From the NCBI GenBank assembly GCA_965215335.1, contig CBDCDA010000002.1, forward strand, positions 704,001 through 768,000: a stretch of 64,000 nt of DNA. Reading direction: 5' to 3'. This DNA is from an uncultured Candidatus Entotheonella sp. (GTDB taxonomy: Bacteria; Tectomicrobia; Entotheonellia; Entotheonellales; Entotheonellaceae). The notes beneath the pieces are model-generated. The model was not told the DNA's origin. It ran no database searches and saw only the letters and a program-made list of their open reading frames with translations. The position numbers and the translations under genes are program-made. Numbering within the stretch: position 1 is the first letter of the stretch; every line of letters starts with the position of its first letter. Below, in pieces: positions 49,117 to 58,441 of this stretch.

Positions 49117-50262
49117 CTAATCCAGGCCCGCCGAAGCCCACGGCGCGTGCTCCATCTCCGGCAGACCCTCGATCGTCACCCCCTCCAGCATCACCACGTA
49201 GACCGGCGTCAGCGTCTCCACCCACACCACCGGCAGGATTTCTTCGGCGCGCTCCAGGAAGAACGCCTCCAGACGCTCCGCCGTCGCCAGCGACCGGTCG
49301 CCCACCACGTAGGCCGCACCCAGCGCCTCGTTGATCTGCACGCTGCCGTAGATGCCGCTCGACACGATCCCCATCGCCGCCACCAGGTTCGCCAGCCACG
49401 CGCCGCTGCGGTGCTGCCACTTGCCCGGAATGCCCAGCGTGCCGTCTTCGCCCGTGAAGTAGCCGCGCACCTCGCGCTCGAACGACGTGCCGTCCGGCAG
49501 CACGCACGACAGCGTCACCGCCTCCACCCGGGCGCGAATCGTCAGCATGTCCGCCGTCGCCTTGCCGATCATCAGGCAACCCTCCAGCGGCACCTCGTAG
49601 TCGTTCGGCGCGACGTACGCCGTCCTCAACTGCGCCAGCACCGGCAGGCCGTCGCCCCGTACCTTGGTGGCGAAGGCGCCCGTCATGATCGACCCGGCCA
49701 CCACGCTGCCCGCCGGCAGCCGCACCCACCGACCCGACGCCGCCGGCGCCGCCGGCCGCCCGTCGGCCTGCCCGCCGGGCGCCCCCACCGCAGACCCGGA
49801 GGCGCCGCCCGGACGCAGCACCCGCAGGCGCGACGGCGCCGCAACCGGTACCACCACCTCGGGCTGCCGCTGCGCCAGGACCTCGACGGCCTCCGCCAGG
49901 CCGCTCTCGATGGCCTCGTCGAGACGTTGCCGCAAGGTCCGGTCCTGCGCGTCGAGCCGCTCTTTCTGCAACTGCACCGCGCGCCGGTTCCGGGACGCCT
50001 CGACCCGCAGGTCCTCCAGCGACGCCCGCAACAACTCCTGCGTCACCTGCATCTCCGACAACGCCTTCGCCGTCGTCACGTCGCCGGGCAGCGCCTCGCC
50101 GCCGAACAGGTCGTCCTCGACCTCCGGCGGCTCCACCGGCCCCTGCCGGCCGCCCGGCGTCAACAGGAAGAACAGCAGCACCAGCAACAGGCCGCCCAAC
50201 CCCAGCGCCACCCCCTTGTTGCCTTTCGCCCAGGCGACCATCCCCTGCAACCAGTTCGGCAT
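49117..50262 (-). CDS. traB: TraB/VirB10-like protein
   Basis: LPAGS, LEGCLMIG, LSCV and GEDGTLGIPG. Confidence 0.85.
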   Translation of the reverse strand: MPNWLQGMVAWAKGNKGVALGLGGLLLVLLFFLLTPGGRQGPVEPPEVEDDLFGGEALPGDVTTAKALSEMQVTQELLRASLEDLRVEASRNRRAVQLQKERLDAQDRTLRQRLDEAIESGLAEAVEVLAQRQPEVVVPVAAPSRLRVLRPGGASGSAVGAPGGQADGRPAAPAASGRWVRLPAGSVVAGSIMTGAFATKVRGDGLPVLAQLRTAYVAPNDYEVPLEGCLMIGKATADMLTIRARVEAVTLSCVLPDGTSFEREVRGYFTGEDGTLGIPGKWQHRSGAWLANLVAAMGIVSSGIYGSVQINEALGAAYVVGDRSLATAERLEAFFLERAEEILPVVWVETLTPVYVVMLEGVTIEGLPEMEHAPWASAGLD

Positions 50263-50275
50263 GCCGCGCTACCCT

Positions 50276-51013
50276 CTACCGCTCGCGCCCCGGCTCGATG
50301 ATCAGGTACACCCGCGTCGTGCCCCGCGCCGGGATGATCTCCCGCCGCGCCGTGATCGCCCGCAGGCCGCGCGCCCGGTACTCCGGCAGGCGCAGCGCCA
50401 GCGGCGTCGTCCCCCGGTTCGAAGCCACCGCCACGTACCCCAGATACCTCCCCGCCACGTACAGCTGCTCCGTGGCTATCTCCAGGTCGCCGTGCGCGTA
50501 CAGGATCTGCGCGTGATCGAACACCGACACCCCCGGCAGCCGGCCGCCGTCGAACATCGCCGCCAGCAGCCGACGCGACGGGCTGCCCGACTGCCGGGAA
50601 CCCGCGCGACGTCCACCCGACTCGTCGGCTCCCGGCGACTCCTCGACCCCGAACACCGGCGGCGCCACCGGCACCACCACGTCTACCTGGTCGTCCGCCT
50701 CGCCCGACCGCTCGAGCAACTGCAACTGGTACATCCGACCGCTGCCGCCGATCACGAACAGGCGCGCGTCGAGATCCTCCGTGAGCGACTGGATGAACAG
50801 CCGACGACCCTCGATCTCCAGCGACAGCTCGGCGGGATCGACGCCGTTGGGAATCGCCGCGATGCGCTCCGGCAACTGCACCGCCAGCGGCACCCCCTGC
50901 CGCACGTAGATCTCGATCGCGTCGCGCGAAGCCGGCACCACCCGAATGCCGGCCGCCACGTCCGCAGCCCAGCCCAGACCCAACGCCAGCAACAGGAACA
51001 GCGCACGCCCCAT
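50276..51013 (-). CDS. traK: TraK-like secretin-related protein
   Basis: Signal peptide; position between traE and traB; TTRVYLI C-terminus. Confidence 0.65.
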   Translation of the reverse strand: MGRALFLLLALGLGWAADVAAGIRVVPASRDAIEIYVRQGVPLAVQLPERIAAIPNGVDPAELSLEIEGRRLFIQSLTEDLDARLFVIGGSGRMYQLQLLERSGEADDQVDVVVPVAPPVFGVEESPGADESGGRRAGSRQSGSPSRRLLAAMFDGGRLPGVSVFDHAQILYAHGDLEIATEQLYVAGRYLGYVAVASNRGTTPLALRLPEYRARGLRAITARREIIPARGTTRVYLIIEPGRER

Positions 51014-51594
51014 CAGTCGGTCTCCGCCCGCAAGGGTTCCGTGAACTCCAGCCGGATCAACGCCAGGCCCCACGGGTTCAGCGGACTCGGCTGCACCCGC
51101 CGGAACCGCAGCGCCGCGCCGATCTCCTCGTCCCGAATGGCGCGGATGCCGGCATACACCCGCCGCACCGCGTCGATGCGCGCCGCATACGCCCCCCGCG
51201 AACGACCGACCACCGTGTTGCGGATCGACAACTGCGTGCTCAGATCGTGGTCTTCCATCAACTGCCGCTCCAGTCCGGCACGCACGTTGAAGGTCTTGAG
51301 CAGCCTCGGGTCGAACAGGTGCTGCACCCGCGCGTGCGCCGCCTCCGCCGTCGCCGGCGTGATGTTGTAGAGCACCAGCACCACCTGCTCGCTCAACGCC
51401 CGCACGAAGACCTCCGGCACCTGGTCGGGAACCACCAGGCCCGGCGCCACCGCAGCCGTGCCGTAACACACCGGCAGGCCGCGCGTCGCCTGCCACGCCA
51501 GCAGCAGGCTCAGCACCAGGCAGCCCAGGGCGAGAAAGGCCGCGGCGGTCTCCAGCCGCAGGATGCGCACCTCGCCCTGGCCGAACAGGTTCAT
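51013..51594 (-). CDS. traE: TraE-like protein
   Basis: N-terminal TM; NITPAT; NPWGL; operon position. Confidence 0.65.
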   Translation of the reverse strand: MNLFGQGEVRILRLETAAAFLALGCLVLSLLLAWQATRGLPVCYGTAAVAPGLVVPDQVPEVFVRALSEQVVLVLYNITPATAEAAHARVQHLFDPRLLKTFNVRAGLERQLMEDHDLSTQLSIRNTVVGRSRGAYAARIDAVRRVYAGIRAIRDEEIGAALRFRRVQPSPLNPWGLALIRLEFTEPLRAETD

Positions 51595-51890
51595 CAATCG
51601 ACGCCCCCCGCCGCGCTCGGCGAGTAGCGCCGCGCCTTGGGCTTCACCGCCCCCGGTATGCGGATCAACTCCAGGTGGTGCGCCAGGTGGATGAGCGCGC
51701 CGGGCGGCCGGCCGCGCTTGAGACGCCTCACCAGCAGCCCGGCGCACAGCGTCACCACGCACACCCCGGCCATGCCCTCGAAGAAAAAGCTCGACAAGAG
51801 CATCACCCCCATCATCGCGCCCAGGTCCTCGACCTCGAACCCGAACACCAGAACGGGAGTGTCCAGATGCGTCGGACCGTCAACCCACAT
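51594..51890 (-). CDS. traL: TraL-like protein
   Basis: PTHLD.P...FE.ED and KRGRPPG.L.H. Confidence 0.75.
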   Translation of the reverse strand: MWVDGPTHLDTPVLVFGFEVEDLGAMMGVMLLSSFFFEGMAGVCVVTLCAGLLVRRLKRGRPPGALIHLAHHLELIRIPGAVKPKARRYSPSAAGGVD

Positions 51891-52452
51891 GCAGGCGCTC
51901 CCGCGCGTGACCGGCCAGGGGCGCCCACAACGCCCGCGACGACAGCACCAGCGCGGCCGCGCTCCACACCACCGGGTCGCGCACCCATTTCAGGAACACC
52001 GCCACCGGATACAGCGACGCCAGCAGCGCCTGCCCGACGACCGACTGCCCCAGGGTGGCCAGCACCGTGCTCAGGACCGTCGCCGACTGCGTCGCCACCG
52101 GAACCGCTACCAGCGGCGCCGCGGTGGTCGCGTCGAAAACCGTCCCCATCATGTTCGGCACGAAGGCCACCCCGAGACCGGAACCCAGGACGCCGATGCC
52201 CGTCGCCGGACGACCCGTCAGGGCCATCCCCAGGCCGCCGACGCCCATGACGACGCCGACCATCTTGCCGACGTTGCCCTTGGCGTAGTCCTCCACCGTC
52301 TTCGCCAGGTTGTTCAGGCCGCCGATGTCTACCGAGGTGCCCGTCATCGTGCCGGCCTCGACCAGCCAGCCTTGCAACTCCGACAGCCAGGCCACCGCGC
52401 CGAGAGCCACGAACCACAGGAAATAACGCATTGACTTGCAACGAACAGACAC
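51880..52452 (-). CDS. Pilin (TraA/VirB2-like) precursor
   Basis: Hydrophobic G.VGK...VGG segments; first gene before traL; AAGGAG RBS. Confidence 0.55.
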   Translation of the reverse strand: MSVRCKSMRYFLWFVALGAVAWLSELQGWLVEAGTMTGTSVDIGGLNNLAKTVEDYAKGNVGKMVGVVMGVGGLGMALTGRPATGIGVLGSGLGVAFVPNMMGTVFDATTAAPLVAVPVATQSATVLSTVLATLGQSVVGQALLASLYPVAVFLKWVRDPVVWSAAALVLSSRALWAPLAGHARERLHVG

Positions 52453-52657
52453 GTCTTGCTCCTTGATCGTTTCGCCCGGCAGCCCGTGACGAACTGCCGG
52501 GCCTGGACAGCAGAAATTCTCGAGGGACACGACTTCGCGAAGGCGGGCGGGCGGCGGGCGCGGCAGTTGCCACGTTACGAGGAGGGAGGGTCTTGCAAGG
52601 ATGACCATCGCTTCTACCATTGACCGGCGTGCGTGCCGTTCTGTCCGGCGTCCATCG

Positions 52658-52861
52658 TCAGGTCCTTTCTTCGCCGCGCCCGCCGCCCGCCCGTAACGGA
52701 CGCCGCCGAGCTTCGGAACATGCCGCCCCGATCTCCCGCCATTCGGTCGGGCGACGCCGCCCCAGGCCCTGCCAGCGAGCCCGGGGCAGCCCCGCGTGCC
52801 CCTTCATGCGAATGCAGTCGGCCTTCTGAAACCGACCGAGCTTCTCGTTGCAGCGTGCCAT
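52658..52861 (-). CDS. Small basic hypothetical protein at the head of the tra operon
   Basis: Strong SD AAAGGAGG just upstream of the ATG. Confidence 0.35.
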   Translation of the reverse strand: MARCNEKLGRFQKADCIRMKGHAGLPRARWQGLGRRRPTEWREIGAACSEARRRPLRAGGGRGEERT

Positions 52862-53015
52862 GGAACCTCCTTTCTGGACGAGCGGGGAAAGGGGGGACGC
52901 CCCCACGGTCGAGCACGGCCCCGTGGAGGCGCGTGAATCATTCGTCTGCGTGTCTCCTCTATAATTGGCAACTCACCATCGTTGATGACGTGGGCATTGT
53001 TGGTGTTGCCACGCA

Positions 53016-53759
53016 ATGCCCCGGGACAAACAGGAGAACGTCATGGTCCACTCCGCCAGGCTGAACGAACTCGTTCAGGCAGCTCAAGAACAAACCAATG
53101 AGCTTTCCGTTCTGGAGAAACTCCTGACCTTGTGCTTGACAGCGATTCAGCAATCGCATACTATAGTCTGCAATTCCATTGGTCAAGGGGAAAATATGAA
53201 CACGTTGCGGATCACAGAAACACAAATCACGTTCAGTCCCGGGAATTTCATTCATTTGCCCAGTAGCAGGAGACGCCGCAAGTTGCGGCTGCCGTACATG
53301 TATTGGTGCGCCATCTGCAATGAAGTCGTGATGACCAAGAAGCTGGAGGAGGAATTGGACAGATGCACAAAGTGTGGCAGCCCGCGTTGGCGGGGTAACC
53401 ACACAAGAGATCGCCGGCACGCCGACTGGAGTCAGGGCATTGTAACGAATAGTTCGGATGTCAAGATCAAAAAGACACAAGAGAAGCCGATGCCCGCATT
53501 ACCAAAGTCGCTCACGGCCATACCTACGATAGAAGTAATCGAGGTCAACGCCCCCCAGATCTACGTGAAGTTCCACTGCCATGTATGTACTCGCGAATGG
53601 ATCGTGCCTATTCCTCTGGAGTACTTCGACACCTATCAGCCCCCCAAAAAATGCCGGTGGTGTGAATCAGTCGTGTGGAGTAATCCTGAACGAGCGCAGA
53701 TCAGGAGCGACCAGCGCTCGAAAAGAGGTTCTGTAATGACCCCGAGCCAGTCTCGATGA
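53016..53759 (+). CDS. Zinc-ribbon protein (two CxxC..CxxC pairs)
   Basis: CAIC/CTKC and CHVC/CRWC; lower GC than the tra genes; start may be 53043. Confidence 0.65.
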   Translation: MPRDKQENVMVHSARLNELVQAAQEQTNELSVLEKLLTLCLTAIQQSHTIVCNSIGQGENMNTLRITETQITFSPGNFIHLPSSRRRRKLRLPYMYWCAICNEVVMTKKLEEELDRCTKCGSPRWRGNHTRDRRHADWSQGIVTNSSDVKIKKTQEKPMPALPKSLTAIPTIEVIEVNAPQIYVKFHCHVCTREWIVPIPLEYFDTYQPPKKCRWCESVVWSNPERAQIRSDQRSKRGSVMTPSQSR

Positions 53760-54639
53760 AAACGCTGTGCAACATGGGGGAAGCGCCTCTCGGCAAGCCC
53801 CGGGAGGCGCCCGTCCACTGCCGTTTGGAACCTCCTTTCTGTATAGTAGGACTTGTTGCTGTTACTCCGGGCGGCGTCGGTGCCTGCCAAGCTGTGACGC
53901 CACCCGGAGCAGAACGGAGGCGCTCATGGATACGCAACCCCCGGAGGACCCGTCCGCCCTGGTGCAAAAGATTGCCGAGCTGCAAGCTCAGCTGGCTGAG
54001 GTCAAACGGCTGTGGGACACGATCTCTGTCTCTATTGTCGAGTTGGAGCGGTTGCTGGCTAAATCTTCGTCACGTGAAGATTATTCTTTGAATTTTCCTC
54101 ATAATAGGAATAAAATAAGACCTGTCAAGAAGAAAACAAACAAGAGTGGCCGGGATATGAATGCGATAATGCCTTTGGATTTAAGAACTAATCGCCAGTA
54201 TTTTGTCTATCATTGCTTTGTATGTGACAGAGATTGGGTAGGGGGCGGCAAGGAGCCCAAGAAGGGAGAAGAGGCGAATCCCCCTACCTTATGTAACTAC
54301 CCGGATTGCCGTGCTGCGACGTGGGATGATCCGATTGCTGCCCAATCAATCAGACGGAAGAGAAAGCAACGACGGGCAAGACGGCACCAGGCCAGGAGCC
54401 AGTCTCGATGAAAACGCTGTGCAACATGGGGGAAGCGCCTCTCGGCAAGCCCCGGGAGGCGCCCGTCCACTGCCGCTTGGAACCTCCTTTCTGTATAGTA
54501 GGACTTGTTGCTATCACTCCGGGCGGCGTCGGTGCCTGCCAAGCTGTGACGCCACCCGGAGCAGAACGGAGGCGCTCATGGATACGCAACCCCCGGAGGA
54601 CCCGTCCGCCCTGGTGCGAAAAGTCGCCGAACTGCAAGC
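53744..54639 (+). repeat. ~245-bp direct repeat (53744-53987 and 54396-54639): gene end plus structured leader plus gene start
   Basis: Near-identical from GAGCCAGTCTCGATGA through the codons for MDTQPPEDPSALV.K.AELQA. Confidence 0.9.
53926..54411 (+). CDS. Zinc-ribbon protein with N-terminal coiled coil
   Basis: MDTQPPEDP start with GGAGG RBS; CFVC..W and CNYPDC...W. Confidence 0.7.
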   Translation: MDTQPPEDPSALVQKIAELQAQLAEVKRLWDTISVSIVELERLLAKSSSREDYSLNFPHNRNKIRPVKKKTNKSGRDMNAIMPLDLRTNRQYFVYHCFVCDRDWVGGGKEPKKGEEANPPTLCNYPDCRAATWDDPIAAQSIRRKRKQRRARRHQARSQSR

Positions 54640-55267
54640 CGAGATCTCCGGCATGAAGACGGAACTGACCGAGATCAAGCGGCTGCTGAGTGACAAAGGT
54701 CGGAAGGATTCCTTGCCGCATCATCTATTGCATGATAAATTCTATGGAATACATAAATCAAGATCTGCTCCACGAGAAAAGATCAGGCCTGTGCAGGACG
54801 TCGAGATTTCCGGTGGGGAATCACTAAGGTTACCGGACAACCGTTGGTTGCACAGATGCGGTAAATGCGCGTGTACGTGGCTCAGCTCCAATAGCGACCC
54901 AGGTGCCTGCGTGCGGCACAGGGCAGACAAGAAGGGTCCACGGTGCGGCACGACCCGGTGGCGGGAAATACACGATGAGTATTGGGAAAATGCTGCTGCT
55001 CAACCGAACTATCGCTATTATCGTGATCAGGAGTCGAATATTCAAGGGGAAAACCAAGAGGAATTGCGAACTATCGATAATGCAGATCGGAAACAGCCAG
55101 GTAGACCACCAGAAAGCCCTTACGTCCGGGAGGGAGCGCAGGCAATCTGTACCAGATGTGGACACACCTGGATCCCGTTCGTCAGAAGGCCAAAACAGTG
55201 CCCTGCCTGTCGGCAGACATGGTATAAGCCGAAAGCCTGGACCAGGAACAAAAGCGTGATTGGATGA
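54578..55267 (+). CDS. Zinc-ribbon protein with N-terminal coiled coil
   Basis: MDTQPPEDP start; CGKC..W and CTRCGHTW..PKQCPAC. Confidence 0.7.
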   Translation: MDTQPPEDPSALVRKVAELQAEISGMKTELTEIKRLLSDKGRKDSLPHHLLHDKFYGIHKSRSAPREKIRPVQDVEISGGESLRLPDNRWLHRCGKCACTWLSSNSDPGACVRHRADKKGPRCGTTRWREIHDEYWENAAAQPNYRYYRDQESNIQGENQEELRTIDNADRKQPGRPPESPYVREGAQAICTRCGHTWIPFVRRPKQCPACRQTWYKPKAWTRNKSVIG

Positions 55268-55424
55268 GGAATGGGGAGGCGACGACAACCGAGTGCTTCG
55301 GGCATCCTCAAAAGTGACCAACGCTCGAAAAGGATGGCACCAGAGCAGTCTCGATGAAGATCCACGAACGGTGCAAGGGCGTGGCGGCACAAACGGGATC
55401 TCCAGCGGCACAGGAGCAGGGCGC

Positions 55425-55868
55425 ATGGTGGCAGAGGCTCAAGGCAGACGAAGCACGACCTTGGCACAGCTCAGGGAGTGGTTGACCCTGATCGGCGCTG
55501 TCGTGGTGGTCCTCGGTGGCTTGCTCGGCGGGGTGCGGCTGGTGGTCGCGCCGCTGTATACGGAGATGCGGGCGATGAACGGCCGCCTTGACCGCATGGA
55601 AGCCGGAATCAGGGCTGGCCGCGAAGAGACAAGGGCTTTGCGGCGGGACATGCAAGACGAGTTCAAGGCCGTCCGCGGGGAGATGAACAGCGGCTTCGAG
55701 GCTGTAGACAGCGAGTTCGAGGCCGTGGACAGCGAGTTCAAGGCCGTGGACAGCGAGTTCAAGGCCATCCGCGAAGACCTCGCCGACATCCGCGAGCGCC
55801 TGACCCGCGTGGAGACCCTGCTCGAACGCCATACGGACCCGCCCGGCGACGCCGATACGACGCAGTAG
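55425..55868 (+). CDS. Array-2 TM plus coiled-coil protein with a divergent N-terminus (147 aa)
   Basis: AGGAG RBS; AVDSEF repeats; shared C-terminus. Confidence 0.75.
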   Translation: MVAEAQGRRSTTLAQLREWLTLIGAVVVVLGGLLGGVRLVVAPLYTEMRAMNGRLDRMEAGIRAGREETRALRRDMQDEFKAVRGEMNSGFEAVDSEFEAVDSEFKAVDSEFKAIREDLADIRERLTRVETLLERHTDPPGDADTTQ

Positions 55869-55869
55869 A

Positions 55870-55953
55870 ATGGATGCGGAAGCCACCATCGAGTTGCGGG
55901 ATCGGGCATTGGACGCGCTGCAAAAGCTGCGATGGAGAATGAATCGGAGATGA
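55870..55953 (+). CDS. Conserved spacer micro-ORF MDAEATIELRDRALDALQKLRWRMNRR
   Basis: Recurs at 56496-56597 and 57583-57666. Confidence 0.4.
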   Translation: MDAEATIELRDRALDALQKLRWRMNRR

Positions 55954-55999
55954 GCCGGCCCCCCGTCCTGCAACTGCCCGGCGAAAGAGAGGAACCATC

Positions 56000-56494
56000 G
56001 TGGCCATAGAAAATCAACCGCCCGCCCTGGCGCCACCGGCGAGCACGAGACCGGCGACGTCCAGGGAAATCATCCAGATCGCCGGTGCCGCCATCGCCCT
56101 TGTCGCCGTCATCATCGCCGGCATGAGCCTGGTCGTGTCGATGACCCTGGCCCCGATGCGCGAGGACATGCGCCTGATGCGTGAAGACATGCGCCTGATG
56201 CGTGAAGACGCGCGCCTGATACGCGAGGCCATGCAGCGCGGCTTCGAGGCCGTAGACAGTGAATTCAAGGCCGTCCGCGGGGAGATGAATAGCGAGTTCA
56301 AGGCCATCCGCGGGGAGATGAATAGCGAATTCAAGGCCATCCGCGGGGAGATGAATAGCGAGTTCAAGGCCGTCCGCGAAGACCTCGCCGACGTCCGCGA
56401 GGACATCACCGACGTCCGCGAGCGCCTGACCCGCGTGGAGACCCTGCTCGAACGCCGCACGGACCCACCCGGCGACGCCGATACGACGCAGTAG
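56000..56494 (+). CDS. Array-2 TM plus coiled-coil protein (164 aa; three 11-mers)
   Basis: GAGGA RBS; MREDMRL and RGEMNSEFKA repeats. Confidence 0.8.
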   Translation: MAIENQPPALAPPASTRPATSREIIQIAGAAIALVAVIIAGMSLVVSMTLAPMREDMRLMREDMRLMREDARLIREAMQRGFEAVDSEFKAVRGEMNSEFKAIRGEMNSEFKAIRGEMNSEFKAVREDLADVREDITDVRERLTRVETLLERRTDPPGDADTTQ

Positions 56495-56644
56495 AATGGA
56501 TGCGGAAGCCACCATCAGGACGACAAGAGCCGTCGAGTTGCGGGATCAGGCATTGGACGCGCTGCAAAAGCTGCGGTGGAGGATGAATCGGAGATGAGCC
56601 GGGTCCCCCGTCCTGCAACTGCCCGGTGAAAGAGAGGAACCATC

Positions 56645-57064
56645 GTGGCCATAGAAAACCAACCGCCCGCCCTGGCGCCACCGGCGAGCACGAGACCGGC
56701 GACGTCCAGGGAAATCATCCAGATCGCCGGTGCCGCCATCGCCCTTGTCGCCGTCATCATCGCCGGCATGAGCCTGGTCGTGTCGATGACCCTGGCCCCG
56801 ATGCGCGAGGACATGCGCCTGATGCGCACGGACATGCGCCTGCTGCGCGCGGACATGCAGCGCGGCTTCGAGGCCGTAGACAGTGAATTCAAGGCTGTCC
56901 GCAGGGAGATGAATAGCGAGTTCAAGGCCATCCGCGGGGAGATGAATAGCGAGTTCAAGGCCATCCGCGAAGACCTCGCCGACGTCCGCGAGCGCCTGAC
57001 CCGCGTGGAGACCCTGCTCGAACGTCACACGGACCCGCCCGGCGACGCCGATACGACGCAGTAG
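56645..57064 (+). CDS. Array-2 protein (139 aa; two 11-mers)
   Basis: Same N-terminus, RBS and repeats as 56000-56494. Confidence 0.8.
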   Translation: MAIENQPPALAPPASTRPATSREIIQIAGAAIALVAVIIAGMSLVVSMTLAPMREDMRLMRTDMRLLRADMQRGFEAVDSEFKAVRREMNSEFKAIRGEMNSEFKAIREDLADVRERLTRVETLLERHTDPPGDADTTQ

Positions 57065-57194
57065 AATCGTACGGAAGCCACCATCGAGTTGCGGGATCGG
57101 GCATTGGACGCGCTGCAAAAGCTGCGATGGAGAATGAATCGGAGATGAGCCGGCCCCCCGTCCTGCAACTGCCCGGTGAAAGAGAGGAACCATC

Positions 57195-57581
57195 GTGGCC
57201 ATAGAAAATCAACCGCCCGCCCTGGCGCCACCGGCGAGCACGAGACCGGCGACGTCCAGGGAAATCATCCAGATCGCCGGTGCCGCCATCGCCCTTGTCG
57301 CCGTCATCATCGCCGGCATGAGCCTGGTCGTGTCGATGACCCTGGCCCCGATGCGCGAGGACATGCGCCTGATGCGTGAAGACATGCGCCTGCTGCGCGC
57401 GGACATGCAGCGCGGCTTCGATGCCGTAGACAGTGAATTCAAGGCCGTCCGCGGGGAGATGAATAGCGAGTTCAAGGCCGTCCGCGAAGACCTCGCCGAC
57501 GTCCGCGAACGCCTGACCCGCGTGGAGACCCTGCTCGAACGCCGCACGGACCCGCCCGGCGACGCCGATACGACGCAGTAG
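57195..57581 (+). CDS. Array-2 protein (128 aa; one 11-mer)
   Basis: Same N-terminus, RBS and repeats as 56000-56494. Confidence 0.8.
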   Translation: MAIENQPPALAPPASTRPATSREIIQIAGAAIALVAVIIAGMSLVVSMTLAPMREDMRLMREDMRLLRADMQRGFDAVDSEFKAVRGEMNSEFKAVREDLADVRERLTRVETLLERRTDPPGDADTTQ

Positions 57582-57712
57582 AATGGATGCGGAAGCCACC
57601 ATCGAGTTGCGGGATCGGGCATTGGACGCGCTGCAAAAGCTGCGATGGAGAATGAATCGGAGATGAACCGGCCCCCCGTCCTGCAACTGCCCGGTGAAAG
57701 AGAGGAACCATC

Positions 57713-58066
57713 GTGGCCATAGAAAACCAACCGCCCGCCCTGGCGCCACCGGCGAGCACGAGACCGGCGACGTCCAGGGAAATCATCCAGATCGCCGGTG
57801 CCGCCATCGCCCTTGTCGCCGTCATCATCGCCGGCATGAGCCTGGTCGTGTCGATGACCCTGGCCCCGATGCGCGAGGACATGCGCCTGATGCGCGCGGA
57901 CATGCAGCGCGGTTTCGATGCCGTAGACAGTGAATTCAAGGCCGTCCGCGAAGACCTCGCCGACGTCCGCGAGGACATCACCGACGTCCGCGAGCGCCTG
58001 ACCCGCGTGGAGACCCTGCTCGAACGCCGCACGGACCCGCCCGGCGACGCCGATACGACGCAGTAA
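57713..58066 (+). CDS. Array-2 protein (117 aa; no 11-mer)
   Basis: Same N-terminus, RBS and C-terminus as 56000-56494. Confidence 0.8.
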   Translation: MAIENQPPALAPPASTRPATSREIIQIAGAAIALVAVIIAGMSLVVSMTLAPMREDMRLMRADMQRGFDAVDSEFKAVREDLADVREDITDVRERLTRVETLLERRTDPPGDADTTQ

Positions 58067-58081
58067 TGGGATGAACAGACC

Positions 58082-58441
58082 ATGACCCCAGGACAGCAAC
58101 TCCACAAGCTGCTCGCCGAGGTGCCCGGCTACGAGGCTGCCGACGTCGTGACCCTGCTGCCCTACGTCGCCGCCCTGCAAAGCGCCCTGCATACGCGCAT
58201 GCTGGCCCTCCAGAGCCAGGCCGCCATGCCCGACACCGATTACCTGCTGAATGCGGACGACATCGCTGCCCGCCTCGGCAAGTCCACCAAGTGGGTGCGC
58301 GACAACGTCGCCTTGCTGCCCTTCGCCTTTCAGGTCGGCCGGGAGCACCGTTTTTCCGCCCGCGGCCTCGAACAGTGGATTGCCGAGCATCGAGCGGCCA
58401 AGATGGCCGTGCCACTGCCCCTGCAAAGGAGGCGGCAATGA
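58082..58441 (+). CDS. Excisionase-like HTH protein
   Basis: LLNADDIAARLGKSTKWV...LPF..QVG...RFS...LEQWI; ATGA overlap with the integrase. Confidence 0.8.
   Translation: MTPGQQLHKLLAEVPGYEAADVVTLLPYVAALQSALHTRMLALQSQAAMPDTDYLLNADDIAARLGKSTKWVRDNVALLPFAFQVGREHRFSARGLEQWIAEHRAAKMAVPLPLQRRRQ

Larger units (their letters stand above)
55425..58066 (+). repeat. Tandem array 2: five paralogous gene cassettes
   Basis: Conserved ~130-150 bp spacers; conserved C-terminus ERLTRVETLLER.TDPPGDADTTQ. Confidence 0.92.

Noticed and set aside
30043..58066. Diversity-generating retroelement as the source of array variation
   Set aside because: No reverse transcriptase; variation is modular indels/mosaics, not adenine-specific substitution.
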